NCBI GenBank assembly: GCA_045837725.1
Contig: JBEWZL010000200.1
Coordinates: forward strand, 124,001 to 188,000
DNA: 64,000 nucleotides
Direction: 5' to 3'
Origin: Vermamoeba vermiformis
Lineage: Eukaryota
A program made the position numbers and the translations under genes. Positions 1-13,574 of the stretch are shown in pieces; the first letter of the stretch is position 1, and every line of letters begins with the position of its first letter. Below the pieces are notes generated by a model. It was not told the origin of the DNA. It did no database searches and saw only the letters and a list, made by a program, of their open reading frames with translations.

Positions 1-671
1 TTCTCGTGAGTGTCAATCAACCGCGTTGATTTCAGTGAAAATCACTATGAAAATTTTAACTAATTAAGTAATATTAACGAAGTAGAGATGAAGACGTGCC
101 TTTCCAGCAAGGATTGTCCTCAAACTCAATATTGCCAATTCTCAGATGTAAGTGCGCTGCTATAGATATAGTATATATAACAGATATATTATACTTAGTT
201 GTATTGCGGTCAAACGAGCCAAGGAATATGCGCTCAACGGCCGAACGTCTGCGCTACAAATGACGATGGAGCCTGTGCCTGCGATGGCTATTTCTACCGC
301 AACTCGTGCTATGCTGCTGCAGCGGGCAACAGTCCGTGGTATATGCCTATTTGCCCAAAAGCGTAAACTTTAAGTCTTGGTCTCGCAGGATCCTGAATCC
401 GAACTCGTTACAAATTTTGGCGCTCTGTTAAACAAAAATAAATATTTTGACTAAACTGGTGGCATATTGGTCGAATAATGAACTTCTATCATTTGGATGC
501 TTAATGAACTTTGCTGATTACCAGATCCACAGCTACGGAAAAATGACGAATTTTCTTGTTTCATAAAAGCGTGTGACACCAAGGGCCCGACCTGTGCATT
601 TAAATTCGTATTCTTTTATTGCTAAGCACCTCAAGAGGCAAGTAAGTTGAGAGACTAGTCAGATTTCGAAG

Positions 672-3067
672 ATGTCGGAGAAAGAAGAAAAACAACAGGC
701 TCAAGAGGAACAGGAAGAGCAACAAAATAATAATAACAATAACATGGACGAAGATAGCGATGAAGAAGACGAGGGCATTAATCAGGTAATTAAGGAGCCT
801 CAAACAAATTGGAACTCTTCAAATTTACTGAAAATCTTCGAGAAAATAAGGTTCAAATTTAGCTTTTGTGCCTCTAAATGCCATAATATACGCGTTCATA
901 ATTATCAACGATTTTTTCGCCTTTTAGCAAGCAAGAGAAGCATTGCTTCAGCACATCCTCAGAAATGTTTTCCACGTGCGAGCCAATTCTGAAACAAACG
1001 AAGATTTAGTGCAGCACTTGCAAAAGAGCGGGCTGTTGAAGAACGAAAGGATTATTAAAGGTAATTATTTTAATGAAAAGAACAAAACTTTTCAAACTCC
1101 GAACCAAAAGTTCATTGGATCCGCCTATTTAACTCAAATGGCGGTACCAATCCTCATTAATGTTAATACATGTCATAATCAGTTGTTTGAGAGAAATATT
1201 TGCCCTTTGCTTCCCTGTCTATCGTTCAAAATTTGATGCAAATTTGGCGCTCTTTTTCGTAGCTTATTACAAATACAAAAACTGATAATATCAACAGTAA
1301 TATAATATAAAATGATTAACAACGTTATTTTTACTTACATTAGCCTTCTCCGCGATAAGGGTGTTCAATTTTGAATTTTCTATTTTCAGTGAATTAACCC
1401 TTTTCCTTTTTTAGCAATGCTGGCCATACCACGAGGTCTCTTCGTAACCGATGATGTACGCGATGAGGCCTATATTGATACGCCGCTACGTCTCGCCAAA
1501 CACAACTTCAACTTCAGCGCGCCACACATGTACGCGATGTGCTTGGAGAACCTCGACATTCAACCAGGGCATGCAGTGCTGGATATAGGTAGTGGTACCG
1601 GCCACTTTACTGCAGTAAGTATATAACGTCACTATAATCATTACAACTAGCGCTAACGTCCGTTACAAAATCGATCGAACATCATTTTCGTTCCGTTACA
1701 AAAATTTATCAAATTTATTTTTCATCGTTGAAATTCTCAGAAGTGATCGCCTATTATCGCGCTTCGTTGCTCCAGTGACTCAAATTTCCTATTTATAGCT
1801 ATCAGCGTTCTTAGCGGGTCCGAATGGTTTCGCGCACGGAGTGGATTTGTTCCAGTACATTATCGACTTTGCCGAGAGTAATGTAAAGAAAGTAACAGCC
1901 GTAACTGGTAAACCGAATCAAAAATATAGTTGCCTGGATGTTAATTATTGACGAATACTTTGCAGGAATTCAATTCCCTAACTTGAAGTTCTTCGTGCGA
2001 AATTGTTTCTTGCCCGCGGTCGATGAAGTGAAGTACGACAGAATTCACGTCGGGGCCTGCTGTCCTGAAGGCTATTTGAACTATTTATACGACCTACTCA
2101 AGCCTGAAGGAATATTAGTGGTACGTACCGAAGTCTCATAATGACACCTGTCAAACTGAGTGTCACTCAAATGTCACCGTTATTCATTGCGATTATTTTC
2201 ACAGACTCCGTTTGGCGATCGGTTAATGAAAGCTGTCAAAAACAAAGACGGAACATTCACGACAACATCGTTGTTGCAAGTCAGATACTCGGATCTCATT
2301 CTGCCTTGTAAGGATCTTTCCTAATTAGGAAATTCTCGACAATTTTATTAATTATCATTCTTAGCTGAAACGGAGATTAAAGAGGCTAAAAAAGCTGTCG
2401 CAAAAGAACGAGCGAAAAGAATTCTGATTCCCGAGAGCAACTACTTTGAGCAGATTAAGGGACTCTTGAATAACCCGCATTTATCAGACATTACTTTTAA
2501 TATTGAGGGTATGCCTAGTACTATACATTGTCCAAATTATAAAGATATTTCCTTATTAGGAAAGAAGATCTATTGTCACAGATTCATCCTCCAACTTCGA
2601 TCGGAACATTTTCAAGGAATGTTTTCCAGCGGAATGAAAGAAAGTTCGGCCACGGAGCTCAACATTGTTGATTTTGCCTACGATCCTTTTATGGAAATGC
2701 TCAAATTCATTTACACCGATGACTGCAGTTTGACACCTGACAATTGCGTGTTAATTCTCGAACTTGCTAATTACTACAAACTCGATCGATTGAAGGCAAT
2801 GTGTAAGTAACACCGAGTATATTTGTATACATCCTTATTAATAACAATCGTTTAATAGGCGAGTATCGGTTGCACTTGGATGTGGATACTGAAAATGTAG
2901 CGAGCTTTTTGATGGTTGCCGATCGATTCAATGCACAGCAATTGCGATCATTCTGCTTAGAATACATCTTAGAGAATATCAAGGATGTTATTAAGACTAA
3001 GGCGTTCAATGAACTTGATCGGGATCTGATTAACTCGATCCTGATCCAGTCCGTTCAAGGACTCTAA
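672..3067 (+). CDS. Protein-L-isoaspartate O-methyltransferase-like (PCMT/PCMTD-like) domain fused to a C-terminal BTB/POZ-BACK-like domain; multi-exon
   Basis: Spliced exons give NEDLVQHL...AMLAIPRGLF...AYIDTP...SAPHMYAMCLENL...VLDIGSGTG (SAM motif I) and YDRIHVGA...LKPEGILVTP. These are followed by LSDITFNIEGKKIYCHRFILQLRSEHFQGMFSSGMKES...MLKFIYTD...LELANYYKLDRLKAMC (BTB). GT-AG introns keep the frame. Confidence 0.9.
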
Positions 3068-3191
3068 GAAGACTTTTTTTTGTTCATATTTGTTTTATAG
3101 AAAATAATAATATTTTTAATAAATTACGGTTTTTATTTTATCTACATGATATTTTACATCATTTGTGTTTAATATTTACAAAACTCAACTC

Positions 3192-6100
3192 TTATTCTTT
3201 CTTAGTATCATCCAATAATATCGATTTCAAATCGCGTCTAAACTCCGTGTCTTGTAACATGTGCAACAACGCTTCTTTGAGCAGATCCGTGCTTCGCAAA
3301 AACGAGTCAAATGAACCGCCACCAGACACTAAGCCACTAGCTTGGCCTTGACCAACAGAGGCAATAGAAGCTGGTTGTGTTCCAGGCGAAGTCTTGTGCG
3401 GAGAGCTAGGCGTGTGCGGGGTCGAAGCAGGCGAGATATTGAATTCTTTTTGACGCAGTTTCTTTCGTCTTGCCGAATCGAGCAAGACAGGGATATTAAA
3501 GTCTGATGACGACTTTGAGCGACTGGATCTAGGTTAGTTTAAACGGAAAAAAAGATACAATATGATAGGGGGATACATACTAATGATATACGTACTCCTT
3601 TTGCTGTGGTGTTAACATGCCATTATCTTCCACAAACTGTGCTGGCAATTGAACAGGGCGGATCCGCTTAGCAATTTCCTCGGGCGTAGCACCACCAGTC
3701 ATAGAACGAGCAACATATTTAGTCAAGACCCACTGCTTCTTCTCCTCCCTAATGTAATGTGTTAATTTGACACGTGTCATATGTCAAAAAAGTTGTCAAA
3801 AGTATACGTACAGCGTTGAAGTTGGGGTAGGTTTCGTAATTCCGCTCGGAATTTCTTTCTCCCAAAACTCATTGTGCGTTACGTTGCCCACGTCACGCAT
3901 AAATTTAATAGCCGCAGGGGTCCAGTCGATGGCTGATGAAGGCACGACAAAGGTTGAAATGGTCGGATCCAACGCACGGTGTAACGTCGCGCAATCTTTG
4001 CATACAAATGCTCCTAACGCTACACTAGCAATATCAGCAGCTATATATGGTTGTTAGCGACATCAGTTTTAAAACTGTGTGATCCTGATCTTACGTTCAG
4101 CATTGCACTCGGCACAATGAGAGTTGGCTGCTTCAGTAAGCAGCTCAATGAGCTCCATAGGCAGAGGTTGTGAAGGTCTTCGTCGTTGTTTCGACTAATA
4201 AGTACATTAGGGTCAATATCGGAGGACTAAGTACACTACAGAAAACAATGTGAACGCACCGCTGAATTTCTTTGGATCACTTCGTTCAATAAATTGCACC
4301 AAACAGTAACATTAGAGTCACTATCGGCAGAGAATAAGAGCATCTTGCCATCGCCCTATTATTATCTTCGTTAAGCGTCGCGTCGTCGCAAAACAAAAAA
4401 AAATTATCGTACCAAGCTGATCTGGATCGAAAGCGTGTTGTCTTGCGGCTCGCCATACTTAATGCTACCGTTCTTAAGATCAAATTGTTTTGAAGGTTTA
4501 GCGTCCTTCAGCAAAAAATTAGACAGTCGATCAAAAAAGCAAAAAACAAATTCCGATACCGGGAGTCGAACCCGGGTTTCATGGGTGAGAGCCATGTGTG
4601 CTGCCGCCTACACCATATCGGAATGGTTGAGTTTGAAAGGCAAAATCAGGGGCTCGTTCGTAAAAGGACATAATGCGATCTCACGTACCGCTCGTTCTTT
4701 GTGCACCAGCAACATGCTTCCTTCGGTGCGAATCCAAATCTTTTTCCAACCTTGCTTCTTCGTTTTAGTGAGAATGTAGCCCTCAACGGAGCCATTGGGA
4801 TTTAAGAACGGCATTGTTGCAAGCGGCGAAGGTGTTGCTGTAATATGAACGGTAGCCTAAAAATAGCGTTAGCATTAAAACGAACAATTATAAACAAAGG
4901 TGTCTTACTCGGCGAGAGGGAGAGTCACCAGGGTACATTGAAAAGCTGGCGGAATGGCGAGGACTAGCTGCCTTTCGTGGCGTCGATGAAGCTGAATTCG
5001 AAGTAGTAGACGTTGCCAAATCAGGTTCGCTGCTAGATATGGCCATCTTAGGGCTTTTAGAAGGTACCTCTAATGAAACGCCAGTACTAGCAGCGCGTTT
5101 TTTCTTGCCTTTCCGTGTGAGACGATTAATAAACTTGACGCGTAGCAACATGTTGTTCAAATAATTCGATAAATAATGTCTCAATTTCGGTTCGTATAAA
5201 ATAGTTAAGTATTTTTGGTGAGGCTAGCAAAAAAGGTAAATTTCGCCCTCTGACCGGCAATATTGGTAAAGCGGTAATTCGTATGCAGTAAAAATCATGA
5301 AATTGTTTTAGAAGTGCCGGTAAGGTGTCTAAGTCTCGAATTCTACTTGACTACTAAAAAATTATGTTTCGTACTTGGTGAATTGATCCATTTTTCTACT
5401 TTCACTGCGGCTAAGTTTTGGCGACGTTCTAGGAGATGCACCTGGTACATAATTAGTACTAACACTGAATATTTTGCCGATAGGTAATTCTTTGGCAATA
5501 ATTTCAAAACGGACGTTTGTTCGATTGCATAACTTTTTAGAATCACGTATAATTTCCACCATTAAGCAGTAATATTATTGTACACAATGATTTCAGATTT
5601 CATTTTGCCTCGGGTCTCGGAGATCAGCAAATCCAGTAAATAAAAATTATTTGTACCTGGAGATCCTGGCAAATCATCTAGCCCAAAGAAATTTCTAAGC
5701 TTCTTGTTGTCTCCAAGGTCCTGTGGAATAGGCGAGCTAACTAAAACCTCTTCATCCACATCTGACTTTGTCGGCGAAGACTTGCCAGCTTCTGTTGAAG
5801 AATGAGTTCGCACGTGAAGGGATAATCTACTTCTCCGTAGTGTGGAGGTCATTGTGAGATGTTAGACACAATGAGTACAATTATCGTGCTTAATTAAATT
5901 ATTATATCTAAATAAGTCAAGTCCAAATAACGGTCAAATAATTTTTGCCGAGCTTTCGGAGTATCTGGCCGCGTGATTATTGTAAATTACTCGTCCTAGT
6001 GCATTACAACAAAGCTAGACCAAGTCTATGCTAAATAGACATGCACTAGGCGAAGCGGCAAGTCGTTACGGAACGTCCGAATGCGCGTTCCATCTACGCA

Positions 6101-6517
6101 ATGACCGAATCCGCTTGCTTTTCGTTTGGTAAATATATTTAAGTTAGCTTACCTAAATTAAATTGCACGGAAGAAGTGCGATGAGCTTTGGCAGCGGATT
6201 TAGTTCGGTCCTTTGGTGACTTCAGGATGCCAGATCTGCTCAAGCTGCTTGGTGACCCAGGAATACTATCAGGTGACGTGCCATCTTGTTTTCCATCGCG
6301 TATCTTTATTTATAGAGCGTGAGTAATATTTTAAACGAATTTACAATGAAGATTTTTTTTGCTGATCGAAAAAACGATTGAATAGCAATATCATACCTTC
6401 AAATTAAATCAAAAACAAGATCAATATCGATAAATTGCATTCATATATTAAATTTTTAATCGTTCTTACCTCCGCTGCACGCTCCAAATTCAATCTAAGC
6501 AGATCCTTGTTGCTCAT
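3192..6517 (-). CDS. PH domain + ArfGAP zinc-finger protein; multi-exon, 5' end uncertain (ATG at 6517 or 5852)
   Basis: PH domain: VEGYILTKTKKQGWKKIWIRTEGSMLLVHK...PSKQFDLKNGSI...LLFSADSDSNVTVWCNLLNEVI. ArfGAP: NSHCAECNA...ASVALGAFVCKDCATLHRAL...FMRDVGNVTHNEFWE...KKQWVLTKYV. Upstream Ser/Pro-rich exons at about 6517-6470 and 6303-6153 could not be joined to the rest unambiguously. Confidence 0.8.
4551..4622 (-). tRNA. tRNA-Glu (anticodon CTC)
   Basis: The reverse complement folds as a 72-nt cloverleaf: acceptor TCCGATA/TATCGGA+A, D stem GTGT/GCAC, anticodon arm CATGG-CTCTCAC-CCATG, T arm CCGGG-TTCGACT-CCCGG. A T-rich Pol III terminator (TTTGTTTTTT) follows. Confidence 0.96.
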
Positions 6518-7196
6518 CTTCAAATCTGAACAATCAACTCGCGCAACTGACCGAGCTACTAACCGCACGATAACGACGTGTGTCTATTATAGTGTGGCTA
6601 TGCTAGTGTCGGTCTAGCTAAGTACTGGTTCAATACACCGTTTGTCAAGTTTTTACTCGCAACGGGTGTCATCAATCGCTGTGCGCCCATTGAATTAATT
6701 TAACCAAATTTCAATGAGTTGCGATCTTTTGCACGTGTATTGTATTGCTTGCGCATGAAAACGAGTCGTTCCCCGCAGCACTAAGCCTTCTTAAAAGAGC
6801 AGTTACAAATCTGGTTCGGAGGTGAGCTGATTCTCATTTACTAACCTCTTCTTGCTTACACAGAGCATCTAATGTAATGCAACGATCCATTGTGGACACG
6901 GAGGGCGCGTAAGTGTAATTCTGGCGAATCTCAGTACTCCAAATCTGTTCCGTAGCTAATCCAGCTCGGTACCCACGAAGCAGGACTTGGCACTACTAGG
7001 CCTACAGCAGCACTACCAAGGTGTTGTATGGGTGAACACGATGTCTCGGAGTTTATTTTGCGTGTTTCCACGCGCAGTACAGCTCTCGCGACCATTCTCG
7101 TGGTTTGCCGCCGAAAAAAGCTATGAACGGCAGATCTTCATTTCAAATTGTAAACGAGTTGTGAACAACACTGTTCGTGTAATATAGTATACAAAC

Positions 7197-8526
7197 ATGT
7201 CTGGACTTGCTAGAGGTCGTTTAGCTGAAGAAAGAAAGAACTGGCGAAAGGATCACCCACACGTAAGCAGATACGATAAAATTTTCGATTTTTTCAATAA
7301 TAATTGCTAATAATATTTAATTAACGTGCACTTGATTATGTATGATACAATATAATATTTTTTGGCATTAAATAAGCCCTGTATAATTATGCAGAATAAT
7401 TAATTCTTTTATAAAGGGATTCTTCGCTCGCCCGACCAACAACCCTGATGGCTCCATGAATTTAATGAAATGGGAGTGTGGTATTCCTGGAAAGAAAGGC
7501 GTAAGTGTTATTCTAAAGCTCCATTCTCAAATCCGCTAGGAAATTAAAATAAAGTTTTAAATTTTATTTGCATATCTTTTCTATTAACGAGTTGCTATTA
7601 AATAAGCACTAAATGATATCTTACTTATCAACTGACGGTTATATTTAATTTTTCGTATTTATTTCGGATCTATCAGATTGATCCAGAAGCAAACCGGATT
7701 TATCAGCAAAGTACTAATTTTGTTATATAGACTGTCTGGGACGGTGGTGTATATCCCTTATCAATTGAATTCAGCGAAGATTATCCTACCAAGCCTCCTC
7801 TTTGTAAGTGTAACAGCTTTTGATCTCGCGATCCAACGAATCTTCTGGCGCGAGTCAACCGACCTTAATTATCGAACTTTAATATTATAATGTCAATATA
7901 ATCGATTATAACCATTGAATGTACAAAAGATACGCTTCTCTCAGCTTATAATAATATTCGGTAGAAAAGAAATAATTATTCGTACGAGATCACGCGTACT
8001 TACTGATTTTCTTAATGTTTTTTTGGAGATAGTTAATTAACGCACTATTATATATAATAGGCAAGTTCCCTAAGGGCTTTTTCCATCCCAACATTTATCC
8101 TTCCGGCACAGTTTGTCTCAGCATTTTGAACGAAGATTGGAGACCAGCCATTACTGTTAAACAAGTAAGTGAATCGTTTTATATAGTCTATCCGACACCT
8201 TATATTAAAATTAACATATGCGAGTCATAATGTTGTTAATGGGAGGAAGATTTTGTTACGAGTTTGAAGCGGATCTACTGACTGAAAAAATCTAACTTTT
8301 TTGATTTAACTAGATGTTATTGGGCATTCAAGAGTTGTTAGATAGTCCTAACGAGAACAGTCCTGCACAAAAAGAGGCATATCAACTCTATGTGTAAGTT
8401 ACTTATCGATTTTTTTTATCGTTCGTGGGCACGCAGATCTGACCAACTTTTTTCAATAGTACCGATCGCACTAAGTACTTCGAATGCGTTCGTGAACAAT
8501 CGACTAAGTACCCTGTCCCTAACTAA
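7197..8526 (+). CDS. UBC9: SUMO-conjugating enzyme E2; 6 exons
   Basis: Spliced translation [28 protein letters not shown]...[24 protein letters not shown]...[56 protein letters not shown] matches the Ubc9 signature. Confidence 0.96.
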
Positions 8527-8813
8527 ATAGTTTAGAATATAAATATATCAGTTCATGCAGCCACAGTCCCTCAACAGATCCACGCTGCAAAATTTTTATT
8601 AAATTGTACATTGAAACTTCTATTTTGAATAAAAATCTTTGTAAATGGATATAATGTTAGTGCTATGATTGTTAATATGACCTTTGAGATAAACTAACGA
8701 TAACTAAGCATTTCTCCAGATCTCGTAGCGGATGCTACGCGGATGTGTTGAAAAATAAACTATTAGATCCGATAACTTAGTCGATGTACGAAGTATTTAC
8801 AATGTTTATTCTT

Positions 8814-11204
8814 TTATGGTTGCATGCTGTACAGATCAGGTTTGGTCAACAGATCGTACAAATCGCCGATTGGCTGCTGAATACCTTCAATAAGAGCTAC
8901 GGCCTTGATAATCTTCCAGGGCTTTTTTTCGAATAGTTCGATGTACCGCGGGTCTTTTTCTACTTTTGACCATAATAATTTGACTGTATCTATTTTTGGA
9001 TTTTTGTCGTAGACTCCGATTTGCTTGTGCATTGAGGCCATCGATAATAATTTCATTTCTTCGATATTTAATATGACCTTATGCGATTCCAAGTAATTTT
9101 CCGCAGCTTTTGCGAGTGATTTGTAATCTGAGACTGATTTCATTCTGGAGCACAAAACGGCTTTGATAAGGTCACGTGCTTCTTTCCTAATTTGGGAATG
9201 ATCGTAATCGAATAAAATGTGGCGCATTGACTCCCAGTCGTCTTCTTTCAAATAAGTTTTTGCTATTTCATAATCAGCTATTGCTTCTTCGCCTATAATA
9301 TACGCTGTAGCCTCGCATCTGAATTTATGTGCCAATCCAAGTAATTTCGAGTTATTTTCTTTGTCTTTTTCGTAGTGCGGCACAAGACAACTGAAGTACG
9401 GATCTGCTTTTGCCTTTTCCATGTTCTCTATGGCTGTATTAATTTTCTTCGTGACTTCTTCAATAACAATTGCAAGCTCGTCTAATAAGTGGTCGTAGAA
9501 TCCTTGTTTGAAGAGTAATCGCACTAACGAGTAAATCACGTGCAGATCGGCTGGGTTCAAGTGGAATGCACGGTGATAACATTGAAAGGCTTTTTGTACT
9601 TGGCTGCTTCTTAAATGACACCTATAATAAGCGGTTACTATTATTAAACATTATCTATAATAGGCTGTTCAAAATAACTGAATTAATTTTTGACACTTTT
9701 TTAGTGACACGTGTCAACGCAATTTTTCACAGTTAGCCTTTTATGGTTATATGTGATATGACGTACCATCCCATGAACGCATTTGGTTCGTATAATTCTG
9801 GATTGAGCGACAACATCCGTTGACAATCTTCAATCGCTTTTTCAAAATTGTTCAATTCCGCGTTCAACACTGCTCTGTTATAATACGCTTGGGCGTGTTT
9901 TGGCGCCATTTCAATCGATTTGTTAAAATATTCTTCTGCTTCGTCGTACTCGCTACAAATATTATCAATAAGAATTAATACTTTAATTCTCATAATATTT
10001 TGTTTACGTACCCTATTTCATATAGAGAGTATCCATAATTACTATAAATAATTCCCATGCGCTATTTTTGAAAAAAATAATGTTAGTATTCAACGAAAAA
10101 TTTTTACGAAGAATATTTCATTAATTCGAGCTCGTGGTGATAAATATTTGCAATGATTAAAGTACTATATTATTATACCTTGTAGTCTAATGTCAGAATC
10201 TTTTTGTAGTCTTCAATCTCGAGCATTTGTGACGCTTCTTTATCCTCTTCTTCTTTCGTCAAATTTGATTGTAAATATCCTAGGCATGGGATGTGAGTAT
10301 AGTATTCTTGCAGTGTTATATTGGAAGAGCATAATTGAATGAAATAAAATGTGACCGGATCTGGCAAAAGCCTTGCGTACCTCTGAAATGCAAGAACCGT
10401 GCGTCTTTTGGATCCAATTCTACGGCTTTATTTGCTTCCTCCCAGCCTTTACGGGTCTCGCCTCTAACCCAATGTATATGTGCCTTGATCATATGCGTGA
10501 ATGCAGGGTTTGTACAGACCTTCGAAGAGAGCGGATCCGCTCGTTAATATTTTTGCTTTTATATGAGCGAGTTATGTATGAAATTGGTTATATATTATGG
10601 ATATGTTATATAGGGATCATATATTACCTTTAAGCCGTTCTCAAGGTCAGGCAAAGCGCTCATCGGCTGATTCAGATCCATCCAACACGCGCCCAATTCT
10701 TTCCAGGCCTCGTATGCGTTCGGAAATAAATATAATAATGACCTAAGTACAGACTAACACTTGTCAGCGAAATTTATTCAATTGAGTACGTAGGAAAAAT
10801 TATACGATTTTTCGATAATTTCTCCAGTTATTAATGTCGACTTACCATCGCATTTCTGAATTTATGCAAATCGATTTGAGTAAATGAGAGGTTCATTAAT
10901 TTTTCTTGCTATTAAAATCAAATATTAGCGCCGTAATAATTAGAAAAAATTTTCAGCTTCGTAATAAAAATTAGATCGGCCCGCAGAGTTCATTTGGACT
11001 TACTAAATTTAAATATATATCTTTAGCTAATCGTTGAAAAAATCTGGAGACGAAAGCTGTGCGATAAAGTGATACAGTATCGAGATGCTGCAAGATGTGG
11101 AGAATCGATTCTTCTGACAACAAATCGAACGGTGATAATACAACCTCCATAATCGACATATTCTCTAGCTTATCTGTTATTGATGTTGGACTGTTGGCTT
11201 CCAT
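8814..11204 (-). CDS. F-box + TPR repeat protein; multi-exon
   Basis: N-terminal FDLLSEESILHILQHLDTVSLYRTAFVSRFFQRLAKD (F-box). TPR-like segments AHIHWVRGETRKGWEEANKAVELDPKDAR and EYDEAEEYFNKSIEMAPKHAQAYYNRAVLNAELNNFEKAIEDCQRMLSLNP. Confidence 0.82.
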
Positions 11205-11762
11205 TTCGTCGGATGTAGCAATTAAACTTTTGTCGCTTCGCACTCAACACCCCACATAATCTTAAATTATACAAATACAAAAATTGGCGTTTCCATATAA
11301 AATTAGCATTGTGGAATGATAGAGAGGCAGATCACGCCCTAGGGTAATTATTTAATTTTGGTTATTTATTTGCTAAAATTCTAATATTACGAAATTAAAT
11401 ATATTTACTATTAACTTGATGTAGTCGTAATCTCCGTTGCATATTTTAGCCTTTTTTTAACCAAAGGTAAAGGAGTTAATTTGCTCCATTTTTTGGCATT
11501 AATGTCTGTAACCACTACATATAATAGTATAGTTCTCGATGAGTTAAATATTTACTATTAATAATTCATTACTAATATTGGTAATAACTCAGCGTGACAA
11601 CTTAGGACGAACTTCGTTCGGCTTTTCTAAGCTCTTGCGCAAGTAGATTAAAGTATCCAGGCATACACGTCATGAAACGTAAGTTTATATTTAATTATAG
11701 TGCAAAAGAAGTCTACTACATCGATACGGCGCGTTGAAGTGGATCGCACGAAAGGGCGTAAC

Positions 11763-13323
11763 TTAAATCTTTGCAACAATTTCAACGAGCTGATCCATTG
11801 TCAGCGTAATTCTTCCGTCCATATCAGTATCAGTCACGTCGAATTGTTTTTCTGCGAAAAAAGAATAATGGTAAGCGATCCAGATCCGATCGTTGACGCG
11901 TGTCAAAAAAATTGTTAGGGACTTACTTAAATTAGTCAAGAACGTTACGATCTGCAAATAACACTCGAAATTAATCGAAGTTTCGCCCTTTGCAAATTTC
12001 TTGAACACGGCTTGAACCATCGTCGGTCCAAAATTCAATTTTTGTTCAGTTTTAATGGCCTGTTCGACTTCAGCCATTTCTAAACTATCGCTCTTATCTA
12101 TCATAATACTTGTTAATATAACGCATAGATATAATATTAATATTACCTTTATCGTAAGTATAATAAGCTCCGTGGCAGGCCGCGACAAACTTATGCAATT
12201 GCACGTATTCGTTGAAGTCTGCAAAGATTACTATATTTAGTAATGCACTCGCAAATGGTGATAAATGTACGCACCGATCTTGCCGTCATTGTTTTTATCA
12301 AAGAGGCGCAGTAACCTTCTTACGGTCTTTGCCGCAAATGTGATACCTTAGCAGATCCAATTAGTTCCGATTCAAGCTTACTTTGGCAGTAGCTCGTTAT
12401 AGCTATATATTTATTATAAGTACTTGAAAATACGTACCTGCATATTCTAAGTTGCCTAAACTGTACACATCGGCAAAGCCGCTTCTGTCGCTAAAAATAG
12501 GACCGGTTAATTTTCAATCGAATTTATGATTTTAAGTAATTAGATACTATTATGAAGTGCTATTAAAAATCGATTATTAATATGTACCTTTCAACACGTC
12601 TAAACCAAGCGCGCATTTGAGCCTCTTCTTGCGCGGTGAGTTGAGGTTGAATCTGTCAACCGGAATTGAATCAATTAGCAAAAGTATAAGATAGTTGGAA
12701 TTCCAGATTATAGAGTGGCAATAGATTACGATATTCCTAATTACTTACAGGTGCTTGACCAGGCATCGGTTGACCGGGATCTAAAATAATTCATTAAAGA
12801 TTTTAGAAGATTAAGTATCGTATTCTGCGACAATAGTATCCATAATTATTTAAAAATCGAGGAAAAAATGATCATATTTGTATTGAAGTTTCGTAAAGCC
12901 TTTCAATTTCGAACGACACTTACGTTGCAGATTTGCTTGACCTTGTGGAGCTGCACCATATCCGAACTGACCATGTGATGGAGCATTTGGAGCATAGCCT
13001 CCTGGCTGTTGTCCATAAGCATTTTGTTGAGGAGGATATTGAGATCCGGCAGATTGACTTGGAGGAAACTGGCCCTGTTGCGGTGGATACTGTCCTGGAG
13101 CATTATATTGACCTTGAGGATTATAACCACCTTGTTGCGGGTAATTTCCTTGCTGCGGCGGGTACTGATTCGGTTGAGGCGGGTATTGACCGGATGGAGG
13201 GTATCCTTGACCGTACTGATTGGGCGGAGGATAACCGCCTTGCTGGGGAGGATAGGCTCCTTGTTGCGGAGGGTAATAGCCTTGTTGTTGAGAAGGATAG
13301 CCTTGATTTTGTTGCCACGACAT
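11763..13323 (-). CDS. Penta-EF-hand calcium-binding protein (peflin/ALG-2-like) with Gln/Gly/Pro/Tyr-rich N-terminus
   Basis: N-terminal YPPQQG repeats, then EF-hand loops across exons: [32 protein letters not shown] and [20 protein letters not shown]. Confidence 0.85.
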
Positions 13324-13574
13324 TGTTTTGGTTGTTTGAAATGAAAAAAACCGGTTTCAACCTACAACTTAAACTTAAAACGAATTTAGAACTTTAATGA
13401 ATACCAATATACATAGTACTCAACCAAGGTATTAGCGTGCCTTCACACGAGGTCTAATAAGCCCGGATGCGTCATCCGGTCAGCGATAGATAATGGAACA
13501 GAGCGTCAAATTCATTGAATAATAATCGTTTTACTATTTTACAGTATGTACATTTAAAACATTGCGATAAATTC

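Noticed and set aside
4404-4779. ORFs spanning the tRNA (4404-4595 minus, 4435-4779 plus)
   Set aside because: These are read-through of intron/tRNA sequence; only the spliced PH-domain exons are supported.
12903-13397. Several overlapping ORFs over the peflin N-terminus
   Set aside because: These are shadow ORFs of the repetitive Gln/Gly/Pro/Tyr-coding exon.
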